This document shows, one piece after another, positions 1-11,900 of a stretch of 64,000 bases of DNA (the stretch's first letter is position 1; each line of letters opens with the position of its first letter). Both the position numbers and the translations under genes were made by a program. The DNA is taken from IMG/VR virus record IMGVR_UViG_3300027788_000010, positions 8,373-72,372 of that record; one strand, 5' to 3'. This DNA is from a virus. The notes under the pieces are model-generated. The model did no database searches and was not told where the DNA came from. It saw only the letters and a program-made list of their open reading frames with translations.

Positions 1-1232
1 CTTTTAGGGGTTACTGTTCTAATTTGTTTGTAGGAGTCGTAGTACCAAGAAGAACTTTGTTCTGAAGAGTAAACACTATCAACCACATACCCACTATCAA
101 CCTGGCCGTTATTTGAATTATACCCCAAATATTCTTTGGTCCCACAATACCCTGAAGAACCATAAAAATCATAAGTTTCAAACCCTTCACCAATACGAGA
201 ATCTAAAACACCAGCAACTTGTTCAGTCCAATTTATATTCATATTCCAAACTTTAACATCCTTCACCGAAACATCACAATTATTTTCAAACGATAACGAA
301 CCTGGAGACCAATATGGGATAGGGCTGGATGCTCCATACCAAGTTAACATTGGGTTGGTTGATGCTGCTGAGTATGTTCCACCAGTAACACTAGGAAATA
401 CTTTAACACAAGCACCCACCCTAGAATTTGTGGCTCCTGTATAATTTTTTATATTAATAATACTATCACCTGAAAAATTACCGAAATTGGGTAATGCTCG
501 GTCCACACTATAATATAATGGTTTTACTGTTGAACCAGACCAACTACTACCGGTCCTACCAGATACTTGGTTTCCCCCTATTATTTGATAGAATAACATG
601 GCTGAGGATGCTGTACATGGAACATTAAAACAATCCGTAGTACCTGTGGAACCACTATTAAAGTGGTACGTAATACCTAAAACATCGCCAATTATTGGTG
701 TGTATCCTGGGATACTACCGGGACCACCTGAAAAAGCCTGGTTCTGGAATGTGTTAGCTGACAACAATTCTATTTGGCTACCCCCTGTCATAGCAGAAAC
801 AGCATAAAAGAAATTAGCGTTTAGTGTGTACGCAGAACTTGTAAAGGCTGAAAAACCACAAGTCGTACCAGTATTCCCACTATAGAAACCTCTTTGCGAA
901 GCTCTATTAAATATATCTTGGTATGTGTGTGCCGCTTGTGCCGCCCCAAAAGTTTGGTCTGTGGACGTTTGGGCCATTGGTATTGGGTACTTCACATGTG
1001 ATTTATTTTTTTCGGGTATGGGATTTAAATTTTGTGCGTTATATTTAGATTGTATAATGTTAATACCACTAGATTTACCAGGTAATGTACTATAACAACC
1101 GTAACAATACTCACTGTCCCCTAATTGGAATAGTTCTATGTTTAGTTTTCCTTGTGATAGTTTTTTCCTACCGGCATCCGTAAGTTTTACGGAGATTACA
1201 CCCTGTGTTGTGTCTTTTAATATATAACTCAT
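1..1232 (-). CDS. Putative virion structural protein, 3'-truncated at window edge (absent from ORF track)
   Basis: ATG at 1232 reads MSYILKDTTQGVISVKLTDAGRKKLSQGKLNIELFQLGDSEY; the same frame at the left edge reads ...WYYDSYKQIRTVTPK. S/T/G-rich, preceded by TATTTAT, lies in the structural gene cluster. Confidence 0.8.
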   Translation of the reverse strand, partial: MSYILKDTTQGVISVKLTDAGRKKLSQGKLNIELFQLGDSEYCYGCYSTLPGKSSGINIIQSKYNAQNLNPIPEKNKSHVKYPIPMAQTSTDQTFGAAQAAHTYQDIFNRASQRGFYSGNTGTTCGFSAFTSSAYTLNANFFYAVSAMTGGSQIELLSANTFQNQAFSGGPGSIPGYTPIIGDVLGITYHFNSGSTGTTDCFNVPCTASSAMLFYQIIGGNQVSGRTGSSWSGSTVKPLYYSVDRALPNFGNFSGDSIINIKNYTGATNSRVGACVKVFPSVTGGTYSAASTNPMLTWYGASSPIPYWSPGSLSFENNCDVSVKDVKVWNMNINWTEQVAGVLDSRIGEGFETYDFYGSSGYCGTKEYLGYNSNNGQVDSGYVVDSVYSSEQSSSWYYDSYKQIRTVTPK

Positions 1233-1270
1233 ATCTTTTTTCTTTTATTATAAATATTATTTTATATTTT

Positions 1271-4200
1271 TTAGTAACTACCGAAACCAGTACCCTTACC
1301 ACCACCCCTTATAGGCTTATATGGTGAATAGAATGTTTGGTTATCTATACTAAATTCAATATATCTTGTTTCTTGTTCTGTGGTTATCTCATTACCAGCA
1401 TATAACGGGTAAGTTCTTATGTTTTGTACTAGGTATTTGTATGTTCCCGGTTTTGGTACTGATATTATAAATTTATATTCTATACTACCATATTCTTTAA
1501 CCGTAAATGTTTTTATTTCTTCTTGAACCACATCACCACCACCATTATACACCACAAACTTAAGTTCTTCTTTTGTGTTTAATTTTTTAACCACATTAAC
1601 AGTTACTTGTGGGTTTTTAACACTGGACACACCTAAGACATCATATTGTGTTAAATAGTACATATTAATAACGTCAGACCCGACAAAATCCATAGCACCA
1701 TCTTTTGTGTAAGTTAAAAATTGTATTCTGGATGGTGCTACCCTTTTATAATCCACATTTTCCACCAAAATTAACCCATTTAATATTAAAGAAACCCCAC
1801 CTAACACTTCATATTGTAAATTTATAAAGTAGTTAGCTGAGTCTTGGTATATTTCGTTAGTGTTTGTGGTTCCTGGTGTACCAACAACTAAAGACTGATT
1901 ATAAAAACTTCTATTTGCTTTTGTTGGGTATATCACTTGTACGGTATCGTTATTCTGTACAGTCCTAGGTCCAAACACTATTATATTTTCATTTATATAG
2001 TAGTCACCACTACTAAAAGCGTCTAAGTTATTTGAGTATGTGTTAACTGAGCTATTACTTAATTTCATAGTTAATCCATTAACAATAACTTGAATATTAC
2101 TTATGGGTGTAAATGGTAAAGTTAGTGCGGAGTAGGTAAATGCACTTTGTGAACCACTAAAGTCTGGCACCCCAGACACAGTTTGACTTTTATTGGCTAG
2201 TCTAACAGCACTATTATTGTTTGAAAAACTTATATTATTATTACGTAATATAGGTTTGGTTGGTGGTTCTACCAAAACCATATAATAATCTTTACCACTA
2301 TCAAATGTAGTACCACCAACAGTATCAGAATTATCAATCCAAGTCGGACTTTTAGTTGATTTATCTTTAAATATAAATGACGGTTTCAGGATATACTCTG
2401 TTGTGTTAGCTGTTGGGAGTCCCGATAATGAGATTATTGTGGTCGCACTTTGTGCTACACCCTTCTTTCTTAATTGTGGGGAAGAAACTTCATTCATGGT
2501 ATTAAACAAATAACTATATAGTGGCTTAATCCCAAATTTATTTTTTTGGTATTCATATGGGTAAATCTCTAATCTTAAATAGGATTTCCCTAATAATAAA
2601 TCAGATGTGTTACCGGAAGTGTTTGCTGTAATTATAGGTGTATTACCACCATACCCAGATAAATTTATTATTGTTATGTCTTCTATGTTTGTTGATATTC
2701 TATTAACCCCTTCTAAAACCACTTTTGGTTCTATAAAAGATTGTATTGTAGCCGAAGCTGAAGGTCTTATTCGTGGTATTGTTAAATTACTAGCACATGT
2801 TGGGTAGTAGTCACATGTTTTGGATTGCTTAATGTTATTATTCCCTTCTAGTTCCAATATTGTTTTATATTTTCTATCATCCGATGTTGTATACACCACA
2901 CCCTGTGTTAGTGTTACCGCGGATGAATCTGATATTAATTGTGCACTATCTTTAGTTACTGAATAATTTGCCGATATACCAGTGAACCCAAGACCATACA
3001 CAATACCATTATACTTTTCAACTAAGTACCCAATTCTACCACCACCTAAAAATCTCTGTAGGTCGGATGTTGTGGTTACCCATTCTGGAGCACTAGTTGT
3101 GGACCCTGACCAAGTTGTTATATTATTTATATCAAAATTAATCTCATATAATGGGTTAAATAAGTTTTCATCCCCTAAAACCTTAGTACTATTAGAAAAT
3201 ACAGAACGTAACCCCATAGTTTCGGTCATTTGTATTTTAAATTGTTGACCCATAGAACCAGTTCTACTAACCCTAACTTTTATTATTCCTTGTGTACTTA
3301 AATCCTCTAGATTATAAGGGCTACAATGTCTACCACTTACCCTAGGTCCGTTAGATAGTATTGTTGTATTAAACTCTTTATAGGTTGTGGTAATAAACTC
3401 ACCATTACCCGTCCTATCCTCATATTCCTGTAGTCCTTGTCGTAAAATATCATCATATATGCGTCGCCATTCCCTAAACGATTCGTATGGTGATAATGTT
3501 ACTTTTTTTAAATCATCAACTTCTCGTATCATAACCAGGTCTTTCAACTCAGCAACCTCTACTTCTTTCCCCCCACCAACAGAAGAACGGGCTAAATCTG
3601 GGTATTGTCTTTCAAACTCTGCATTAGCTATTAGTATCGATTTATTAACTATTTCTCGTATTTCTTCATCGTTTGACCCTTCTGGGTTACCACTAACCCT
3701 TTCTTCACCATACGCATCTCTTTGGAAAGCTCTAGAGCTTTGACCCTTATTTATACTTACTGTAGCTCCACTCTGACTATTAAAGTCTAGGGTTAGATAG
3801 TGTGTCGCACCACTTTGACCCCAAGTTCCATCTTCATCCCTAAAATAGTGTAAAACTATGGACGCTGTATTGGCGGTGTTACCACTAGGGTATAAGTAGA
3901 TGTCGTGTGTATAGTTAACATAACTACATGGTGTTATATAACTTGCGGTTTGTGGGTCACCGGAACTTAAACCAAGAACATTGTCCACTCTTGTTGATAG
4001 GTAATTATTTTGTATACCCCTAAAATAAGAATCGAAATTCCTAACTGCATTGGTGGTATCTATAATGTAGAATGTATCATCCCCTCCAATCATTTTGTGT
4101 TGGAATGTCGTATCTTTTTGAGTTATAATCTCTGAGGACACTGGGTCTCCTTTACTACCCCTGTCAGCTGTGGGGTTATATGTGACCCAAGCGTAGTCGG

Positions 4201-5230
4201 AATTAGTAATTCCTGTTGTTGAATCCCACACAAAAAACTTATTAAGGTATTTGTGATAATAATACGTACCTCTATAAGCGGAGGTATTAATGGTCCCACC
4301 AGATAAATCATAAGCTGTAAGTGCTACAACAGGGTCAGTATTAGGCCCTATTGGACCACAATTCCAACCTTCTTGACAGTCACTAGACCCACTAACACCT
4401 AAATACCAATATCTAGTTGTGTCTGTAGTTCTTGCTGTATTTGGGTTTACGTCTGGGTAATTAAGTATACCAGTACTAGAGTCACCAGTAAAAAACCAAT
4501 GCCCTGATGAATCTAACACATGCCCCCAATTATGTAAACCAGTTGTGTGTGGTGTTGGTGTCGTTCCAACATAATAGTCTCCAGCAGCGAAATGTGAATT
4601 TTTTGTCCAACCAGAAGTAAACGCTGATAAGGAAAGTGCTATATTAGGGGTTGTACCAGCACTTAAATTTATACTAGAGGCTGTGCAAACACTATCATTA
4701 ATTAAAAAATTTCTACTAAGACTTTCACTCCTACCTATGGTTAACATATACTCCCCATTTGTTAACTTTTTGAAGTATTTTGTGGTGGATGTTTCCCCAC
4801 TACCAACATCCAAAGAACTTACCAATTCACCATCTTTGTAGAGTGAATAGTTAAGTGTTGAAGCTGATTGGTTGGTTAAACTTGACGTACCACCTGAATA
4901 TACAGCTATTTCACAATATTTATTTGGGTTTGAGACACAGGAATATGATGTTACTCCAGCTGAAAATGTTGGTAATGTGTACCCAGATAAATAAATTGTA
5001 GCTGCATTATTTGACACTACTGAGGCTGCGTCGGTTATTTTAGCTACATAAACCCCTTCATATAGATTAAAATTATCCCATTGTGCTGATGTGTAATATC
5101 CGTCACTTGTCGCACCAGACCAACTAACTGAATATGGTGCGGTACCACCACTAACATTTATAACATCTATAATACCCGTTGATTGTCCCGATACTGTTGG
5201 TGTTACGTTATATTGATTAATAAAAGCCAT
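1271..5230 (-). CDS. Large putative virion/fibre protein with N-terminal SprB-like repeat
   Basis: 1319 aa; N-term STGIIDVINVSGGTAPYSVSWSG...YEGVYVAKITDA resembles an SprB-type Ig-like repeat; two C-terminal 'VIVNGL...GDYY' / 'LILNGL...VDY' beta repeats typical of phage baseplate/fibre proteins. Confidence 0.65.
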   Translation of the reverse strand: MAFINQYNVTPTVSGQSTGIIDVINVSGGTAPYSVSWSGATSDGYYTSAQWDNFNLYEGVYVAKITDAASVVSNNAATIYLSGYTLPTFSAGVTSYSCVSNPNKYCEIAVYSGGTSSLTNQSASTLNYSLYKDGELVSSLDVGSGETSTTKYFKKLTNGEYMLTIGRSESLSRNFLINDSVCTASSINLSAGTTPNIALSLSAFTSGWTKNSHFAAGDYYVGTTPTPHTTGLHNWGHVLDSSGHWFFTGDSSTGILNYPDVNPNTARTTDTTRYWYLGVSGSSDCQEGWNCGPIGPNTDPVVALTAYDLSGGTINTSAYRGTYYYHKYLNKFFVWDSTTGITNSDYAWVTYNPTADRGSKGDPVSSEIITQKDTTFQHKMIGGDDTFYIIDTTNAVRNFDSYFRGIQNNYLSTRVDNVLGLSSGDPQTASYITPCSYVNYTHDIYLYPSGNTANTASIVLHYFRDEDGTWGQSGATHYLTLDFNSQSGATVSINKGQSSRAFQRDAYGEERVSGNPEGSNDEEIREIVNKSILIANAEFERQYPDLARSSVGGGKEVEVAELKDLVMIREVDDLKKVTLSPYESFREWRRIYDDILRQGLQEYEDRTGNGEFITTTYKEFNTTILSNGPRVSGRHCSPYNLEDLSTQGIIKVRVSRTGSMGQQFKIQMTETMGLRSVFSNSTKVLGDENLFNPLYEINFDINNITTWSGSTTSAPEWVTTTSDLQRFLGGGRIGYLVEKYNGIVYGLGFTGISANYSVTKDSAQLISDSSAVTLTQGVVYTTSDDRKYKTILELEGNNNIKQSKTCDYYPTCASNLTIPRIRPSASATIQSFIEPKVVLEGVNRISTNIEDITIINLSGYGGNTPIITANTSGNTSDLLLGKSYLRLEIYPYEYQKNKFGIKPLYSYLFNTMNEVSSPQLRKKGVAQSATTIISLSGLPTANTTEYILKPSFIFKDKSTKSPTWIDNSDTVGGTTFDSGKDYYMVLVEPPTKPILRNNNISFSNNNSAVRLANKSQTVSGVPDFSGSQSAFTYSALTLPFTPISNIQVIVNGLTMKLSNSSVNTYSNNLDAFSSGDYYINENIIVFGPRTVQNNDTVQVIYPTKANRSFYNQSLVVGTPGTTNTNEIYQDSANYFINLQYEVLGGVSLILNGLILVENVDYKRVAPSRIQFLTYTKDGAMDFVGSDVINMYYLTQYDVLGVSSVKNPQVTVNVVKKLNTKEELKFVVYNGGGDVVQEEIKTFTVKEYGSIEYKFIISVPKPGTYKYLVQNIRTYPLYAGNEITTEQETRYIEFSIDNQTFYSPYKPIRGGGKGTGFGSY

Positions 5231-5242
5231 TATTTATATATT

Positions 5243-8200
5243 TTAGTACCCACCACCTCCGGTGTTAGTATTATAGTTTATTGTTGTATTCGTTACGGAA
5301 GTGGTCGTACCTATGTTATCAACAGTAAAACCCCCAACATAATTTATATCATCACCACCCACCGGTATTAATATGGTATGTGGTTTTACGGTGTGTACCG
5401 CCCCAACCATATACACACCATCATGTATATGATAAAAGCCAACATAGTCACCACTATTAGGAAGTAAATACTCGCCACCATAAGTGTAAAGATTATTTTT
5501 TGAATCTTGACAGGAATTATTAAATACTCTTGGTTCACATGTTTGGTTGACCCCAACACAATACTCTTCAGATTTATCCACACACTCATCACACCCCTCA
5601 ATATCTGTGTCGGTGATTATTTGTGTGGTACCATAAAATGAGTCTATAGGTATGTTTGATTTTTTATCTTTACACACGCAATAAAATTTACAAACAAACC
5701 CTTCATCAGATTTAAATTGTGTTAGTGGCTCACTCCTAGACGGTTTTAATATTATGGGTCGATTATCTATTAATATCACGTCATCAACATTATCTATTTG
5801 TTCTTTAAGTTTTATTTCAGTTTGTATCAATTCTACTTTATCGTCTTTGGTTGGTGTTAGGCAAGGTACGTATAATTTTTCCTTTGGTGTGATAACTATA
5901 AAGTGGTCCATTTTTTGACCAACCACATTAGATATTGTGTTTTTTATGACGTAACTATGACTAATTTGTGGAAATTTATAATTACAATTTATCGACATTT
6001 GTTGGTCATACCTTGGTAAGTTAAAAACCAAGACCTCCGACTTCATTTGTAGTAGTCCTTTATTGTTCGGTATGTAATAATCAGTTAACGAATTATTTTC
6101 TAGTTGTGTCGACCAATTATTTGTTGGTTTATTGGTTATTATATTTAATAGTAGTTTGGTATCCTTTTCTTCGTTATCTACAAAATTTAAATTATTAAAT
6201 GTTTGGTTATCAACTTTCGGTGGTGTTATTGGTTTTGTTTTATCGTCTATAACATACAACGTACCCGTGGTACTTTTTTCAATGGTTTCTCCGTTTTTAT
6301 TTAGGTATTTTTGTGGTGTGGATATTTTTTGTGGGTTTAAGAATAATCTTTTTACTAAATTATCTGTACTTCCCGAATTTGGGTTGTATTTGGTTATTCG
6401 GTAAAATGGTGAAGATACTGTATCACCCGAAGAGTTTAGTTTATTACCCAAATTCAGCTCTAAGTTGGCTATACCCCCACTTACTTTTGAGGACACTTTA
6501 AATTCGGTATTGTATTTTAATATTATAGTATCACCTTTTACTAAATTAATTAACCCACTATCTAAGGTTATTGGTATACTGCTGTTGAAAATAGTATTTG
6601 CTGTGGTAGCTGAGGAATAACATTGGTTGTACCCACTCATACTATTTTGTACTGTGTTGGTTTTTAACCCTAGGTAGGTGTTACTGGATGGGTTTTGTAA
6701 CTTACTTAATCCAATAGAGGTACCTACAATGTTAGATGTGTTACCACTGTTGTCCGTTTTTTCAATAAACACATCAAAAAAGAAATTTTCCACACCTGAA
6801 CCATAATTTACACCATCTTTACCGGGAAAATAAACACCCTTAGTATCTAGTTTAACGACATCACCCTCACCTTGACCTCGTTGTATGATTGATGTGTTTA
6901 TCAATCTTTTTATTTCATATTCGGTATTTGGGTACCCTAACGAAGATGTTTTTCCTGAAGAATAGTTTTGAGTTATGTACTCACACCATTTATTATCTTT
7001 ATATTTAACATTAAGATGTCCGTTGTATTGGGTTCTATACTGTCCACTAACTAGACACTTATACATTAGGTAATTTTTAGAATCCGCTGATTGTATTATA
7101 ACAGAACCGGAACCAGAAATACTACCACTTTCACCTGATAAAGATTGCCAAGAATAGTAAGGTGCCCAAGAAGGTGAATTAACACCAACAAAAGGTTTAT
7201 GTTCTAATCTTTTTATGTTTGTTATTGGTATTGATATACCAGTACTCGTATCTGTTGTCGCTGTAAACCCGGAACCAGAAAAATAAATATCATAAACATT
7301 ATCACCTAATATCCCACCACTTGTGTATTCGGTATAATTTGTACCATCACTAAACGACTCCCTAAAAGATGAATATGTTGTACCAAAAAAATCATATTGT
7401 AAATTTTTAATGGGTGAATAGTAGTTTGGTTCACACGTCCAACACTTACCAAAATTTAACAATTTTTTATGTGCTAAACACACTTCATTACATGGTTTAC
7501 CTCCGGACTCTACAGTCTCTTGGTGAAACTTTTCTGAAGAGTCGTCAGTATAACTACATAAACACTTAGTATCCTTATATTTAAAAGTATCAACATAATT
7601 ATTTATCTTTGTTCTTTTAGTTGGACATAGAGTTACGTTTTTAAATTTACCTTTAGTTGTGTACTCTATGTTTAAATCGTTAAAGTAATCACTGTTCGAC
7701 CTACCTAACCATTGGTTTACATCATTATAATATCTAGGTTCTGTAACAATCTTACCGTCTAAATCCGTAGTAATAAATTCTTCTAGGTTAGCTATTTGAT
7801 TTTCTTTAAGTGTTTGTTCAAAATTATATAAATGTTCTGTGGAATAAAAATTTATATCGGTACACCTACCCATTTCACTAAAGAATTGATTATTTCTTAG
7901 TTCCGAAGCCCAGCTAAGGGGGTACAATTCCCTACCACTTTCAAAATATGGTGAAGAACTACTAATAACATTACTCTCAACATTTCTAGAAACGTTAAAG
8001 GGTAATTCATTAACACTATCTTTTAAGAAATTACCCATATTTAACTTATAACTTTCATCGTTTTTAACGATAAAAATTTCGGAATTTTCTAAATAAAAAT
8101 CTTTGTAGTTTTGGTTTATTTTTTTAAAGTAGTCATCATAATTAAATTTCACCTCACCCAACTCCAATTCTTTACCACCTAACTGTATATAACTGGTTGG

Positions 8201-8974
8201 GGCGTTTTTTAAAGTCTTTATCTTTCTGGGACTTACTTGGATTATACTATCTACAGTCCCTGTTTTACCTCTTTTGTATTTTTTAAATTTTTTGTTATCG
8301 ATGTTTGGTGGTGTTAATTTAAAAAATAGGCTGGTTAATGGTCCGGTTAAACTAAAAGCCTTTATATCAACATCAAAACCTAAATTAATTAGTTTTGTTG
8401 GTTCCGAACTAGGAGCAACATCGAGGGAAATTGAATCCTTTCTACGCCCACTTATACCCACAGATTGTTCTGGTTTGTCGTATAGTATGGTTTTTACGTT
8501 TGGTATTACCATCTCTAAAGCATGACCTTTTTTATCCAAAACCCTACTGAACCTATTAAGGGCACTATTTTTCCCCACTGAAAAGATTTCTCTTGTTGTT
8601 AATAAAGATTTATTATTTTTACTACCTACTTGAGTTAGTGATACTGTTCTATTATTTTCCACGTTTAGTTTAATAATAACATCTGACTCAAAACTTTGTT
8701 TACTTAACTTAATTTCACCTTTACTAAAATCTGAAGATTTTAAATATAAAAAGGCTTCTATTAAATGTTTGCCTTTATAGGTCATATACATATTAACTGG
8801 TCTACTAACATCATAATCCATAGTTATGAATAATGTCTTATTAAAGTTCCTACCTATATATTTCCCAGTAGCGTACACTTTTACCTGTAAAGAATCCACC
8901 AACTCTCTAATGTCCAGTTGTTTAGTTAAGTTAACACTTTTTTTATTTTTTATTTTATTTTCAATAACTTCCAT
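5243..8974 (-). CDS. Large hypothetical virion-associated protein
   Basis: 1243 aa ORF tightly coupled to its neighbours; basic N-terminal part, Cys clusters, S/T/G-rich middle, C-terminal YVGFYHIHDG...GAVH motif. Confidence 0.55.
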   Translation of the reverse strand: MEVIENKIKNKKSVNLTKQLDIRELVDSLQVKVYATGKYIGRNFNKTLFITMDYDVSRPVNMYMTYKGKHLIEAFLYLKSSDFSKGEIKLSKQSFESDVIIKLNVENNRTVSLTQVGSKNNKSLLTTREIFSVGKNSALNRFSRVLDKKGHALEMVIPNVKTILYDKPEQSVGISGRRKDSISLDVAPSSEPTKLINLGFDVDIKAFSLTGPLTSLFFKLTPPNIDNKKFKKYKRGKTGTVDSIIQVSPRKIKTLKNAPTSYIQLGGKELELGEVKFNYDDYFKKINQNYKDFYLENSEIFIVKNDESYKLNMGNFLKDSVNELPFNVSRNVESNVISSSSPYFESGRELYPLSWASELRNNQFFSEMGRCTDINFYSTEHLYNFEQTLKENQIANLEEFITTDLDGKIVTEPRYYNDVNQWLGRSNSDYFNDLNIEYTTKGKFKNVTLCPTKRTKINNYVDTFKYKDTKCLCSYTDDSSEKFHQETVESGGKPCNEVCLAHKKLLNFGKCWTCEPNYYSPIKNLQYDFFGTTYSSFRESFSDGTNYTEYTSGGILGDNVYDIYFSGSGFTATTDTSTGISIPITNIKRLEHKPFVGVNSPSWAPYYSWQSLSGESGSISGSGSVIIQSADSKNYLMYKCLVSGQYRTQYNGHLNVKYKDNKWCEYITQNYSSGKTSSLGYPNTEYEIKRLINTSIIQRGQGEGDVVKLDTKGVYFPGKDGVNYGSGVENFFFDVFIEKTDNSGNTSNIVGTSIGLSKLQNPSSNTYLGLKTNTVQNSMSGYNQCYSSATTANTIFNSSIPITLDSGLINLVKGDTIILKYNTEFKVSSKVSGGIANLELNLGNKLNSSGDTVSSPFYRITKYNPNSGSTDNLVKRLFLNPQKISTPQKYLNKNGETIEKSTTGTLYVIDDKTKPITPPKVDNQTFNNLNFVDNEEKDTKLLLNIITNKPTNNWSTQLENNSLTDYYIPNNKGLLQMKSEVLVFNLPRYDQQMSINCNYKFPQISHSYVIKNTISNVVGQKMDHFIVITPKEKLYVPCLTPTKDDKVELIQTEIKLKEQIDNVDDVILIDNRPIILKPSRSEPLTQFKSDEGFVCKFYCVCKDKKSNIPIDSFYGTTQIITDTDIEGCDECVDKSEEYCVGVNQTCEPRVFNNSCQDSKNNLYTYGGEYLLPNSGDYVGFYHIHDGVYMVGAVHTVKPHTILIPVGGDDINYVGGFTVDNIGTTTSVTNTTINYNTNTGGGGY

Positions 8975-8975
8975 A

Positions 8976-11900
8976 TTAACCCCTTTGTTTTTTTTCTAAT
9001 CTATATTTAAACCCCCACGGTTCTTCAATATTTTTACTTAACGCTAACCCTTTTTTTACCCGAAACATAACACTATTATTCATCACACTAATTACGTTAT
9101 ACCCCCCATTAATTGCTGGATTATTACTGGTGAATTTAGATGTGGTTAGATTAATACTATTATTAACCCCCACATTGTTGGTGGAACTGGGTTTTTGGTA
9201 GTCATCAAATGAAGGCCATGTTGATTTACAACTTACATTATCAGTCCTCATTTCTAAAACTATACTATTTTCAGGTAATGTACAGCATGGACATGTTTTG
9301 GTTGGTACTATTATTGTTTCTCCATTTTCGTTAGTACCATCAATTATATTTTGAACACTACCTGTGTTGATACACCCGCAGGTAGTAGAAATACCACTAG
9401 CTGGGTTAACAACAGCTATAATACCATCAGGCCAGTCACAAGAACCATCATCACAAGTAGCTAATGGACTAAAGTTTAATGCTGTGGGGGATGTACACCC
9501 ATACACACAACCATTGTCTGGGGTAGGTGTAAAACCACTTAACGGGTAGTATGGGTAGTGTTTGTATGTAAACTTATCTCTGTGAAAAAGTGAGTTTTCC
9601 GTTTTTAAACCACCTTGCCATAAGGTTGTAGCTGGTACTAATTGTTCTATTATCCTAATCCAGTACGTACCTAAATCTTGTGCGTAATCTAACATTTTTT
9701 GGTATGTGTACTGGTTGTTGTCACCACAAGTTTGTGATAAATAATCTATATATAGTTTTTGTAGTAGTGGGTACCCACCAGTCTTACCATCATCAATAGT
9801 TTGTCTGTTTTTTACATTTATAAATGTTCTCCAAAATACCTTTGTAAAATTCTTAAAAGAGTAGTTTTTGCCATTAAGTAATGTAACCGTATCGTCAACC
9901 CCACCTTTTTGTGGGTAGGGTGGTGGTAATGGGGTTCCATTAAACGTACACCCACTCAATACAGATTGTTGCCAAAAATCATATACAAGAGCTTGTCCTA
10001 TATTTAAAAATATATCAACATTTTTAACATTAATTACTAATTTTTCATTATCCACAAAATAAGACGAACCCCTTAAAGTTTCAAAACTATAGTTTCTATT
10101 TTTATTATTCTCGTCTATTGCCACCCAAGATTTTTTATCATCCACTATTGGTGTTAACCCAAACCCCATATTCATATATGGAAACTTTCTAAATCTTTCC
10201 AAGTATGGAGCTCCGGGTTCGTTAGATGATACATTTAGTGGTAGGTTACCGAAAAACCCACCCCAACTAAATTGGTTTAGTTTTGTTATTATTGTAGGTG
10301 AACACCCAGAAAATGTAGAATTTTCTAAATCTAGTATAGTATCACCATGATGTTTATCTGTTTGTTCAAACCATCCCGCACCTCTCTGGAAATAATAATT
10401 ACTGGTTTCTCTAGGTTGTGTTGGATAACCGTCACTATCTATCGGATAATCTTCACGTTTAAACCCATGTGTTTGTGTAAAAGAACTAATTACCGTATTT
10501 TGTGTTGTTGGGTCATATACGTATTGGGACTGAGTTACAACCCCACCAGATATCTTTTCAAATTCTGTAATAAAACCATTTTTACCATCAACAAAACACC
10601 CCTTCTCTATCATATACTCTTTTAGTTCAGCACAACTAGGTTCATCACGCATATTAGAGGTTGTATTAACTAAAGTACTTACCCCTTCGTCAGAACATGA
10701 AAGTTCTTGCCACATAAACGTAAGCCTTTCACACACCTTACCTTCACCACCAAACCTTCCTTGACTACCCATTTTAATTCTACGGTCAGCTAGCACAACG
10801 TACTCATTAAATTCTATTAAAGCTTCTGGAGCTCCTATAAACCTGAATAAAAATTCTATAGCTTTCCTAGTACCCTTAGATTTAAAAAGATGGGCGGTAT
10901 TCATTAGTATTCTTCTGTAAATATCCACATCTAATTCAGCTGGTGTCACACCTATAGACTCACCAGAGTATTGGGGTTCATACCTATCTAATACCGTATC
11001 TAAGAATTTTTCTTTGGTTGTTGGGGACGGTGTTTCCCAACCCAACATTTTAGCAAGATTCTTTAGTAACTGGTTTGGTACGTTATTTTTACCATCGTAG
11101 GTCACATTATTCATGTACGCTATACCATCTATAAACCTCTTTACATCATCAAAACTTCTACCGTATATCTGTAATGTTTTTTCTACTTTCCTGTCACCAC
11201 TATCAAAATCTTTTAAAGCTCCAGTGGTTAGGAATCTAGAAATAAGGTTGGTTTTATACCCATCTAGTTCTTCCCCAATCTCAACTAATTTTTTTAGGTA
11301 GTCGGTGTATTTTTGTGTTTTAACATCTATATTCCACAAATCTTGTTTTTCCCAAATTAAAGTTTCTTTTATTACATAATTTTGCCCATTTTCCGATAAT
11401 TTAGGTAATTGTATTTCTGCCTTATATTGTGGGACACTTGTTTGGTTTAATAGGAACCGTTCTACTGTTCCGAATGTATTAAATTGTGTCTGTACTTCAA
11501 ATTTATTAGGTTTTAGGTAGAAGGTTTTGGTGGATGTTGTAGCTGTTGTATTGAATGGGTTACCTGAAACCACAACACTTAAATTTGTGGTGTTATCGTC
11601 CACCGCTATATAATCAACTATCGGATATTCAGTACCACCACTACCACTAAAACTAAAAACATATTTATTGTGTTCTAAAGTAAAATTTCTTAATTTAGAT
11701 ATTTTACCGGTTTGTGCTTGTATAGATTGTGTTGTAAGTGTGTTATGTGTTGGGTCGTCTATCACATAATCCATTTGTAGTGAATTATCTAGTAATATAT
11801 TACCGTCAGTACTAATTTCTAGGTTAAATGGGTTGGATATTTTATGTTTTGATATTGTTAGTGTTGTTCTGTCGTATACTGAATCGTACATTATGTTTTC

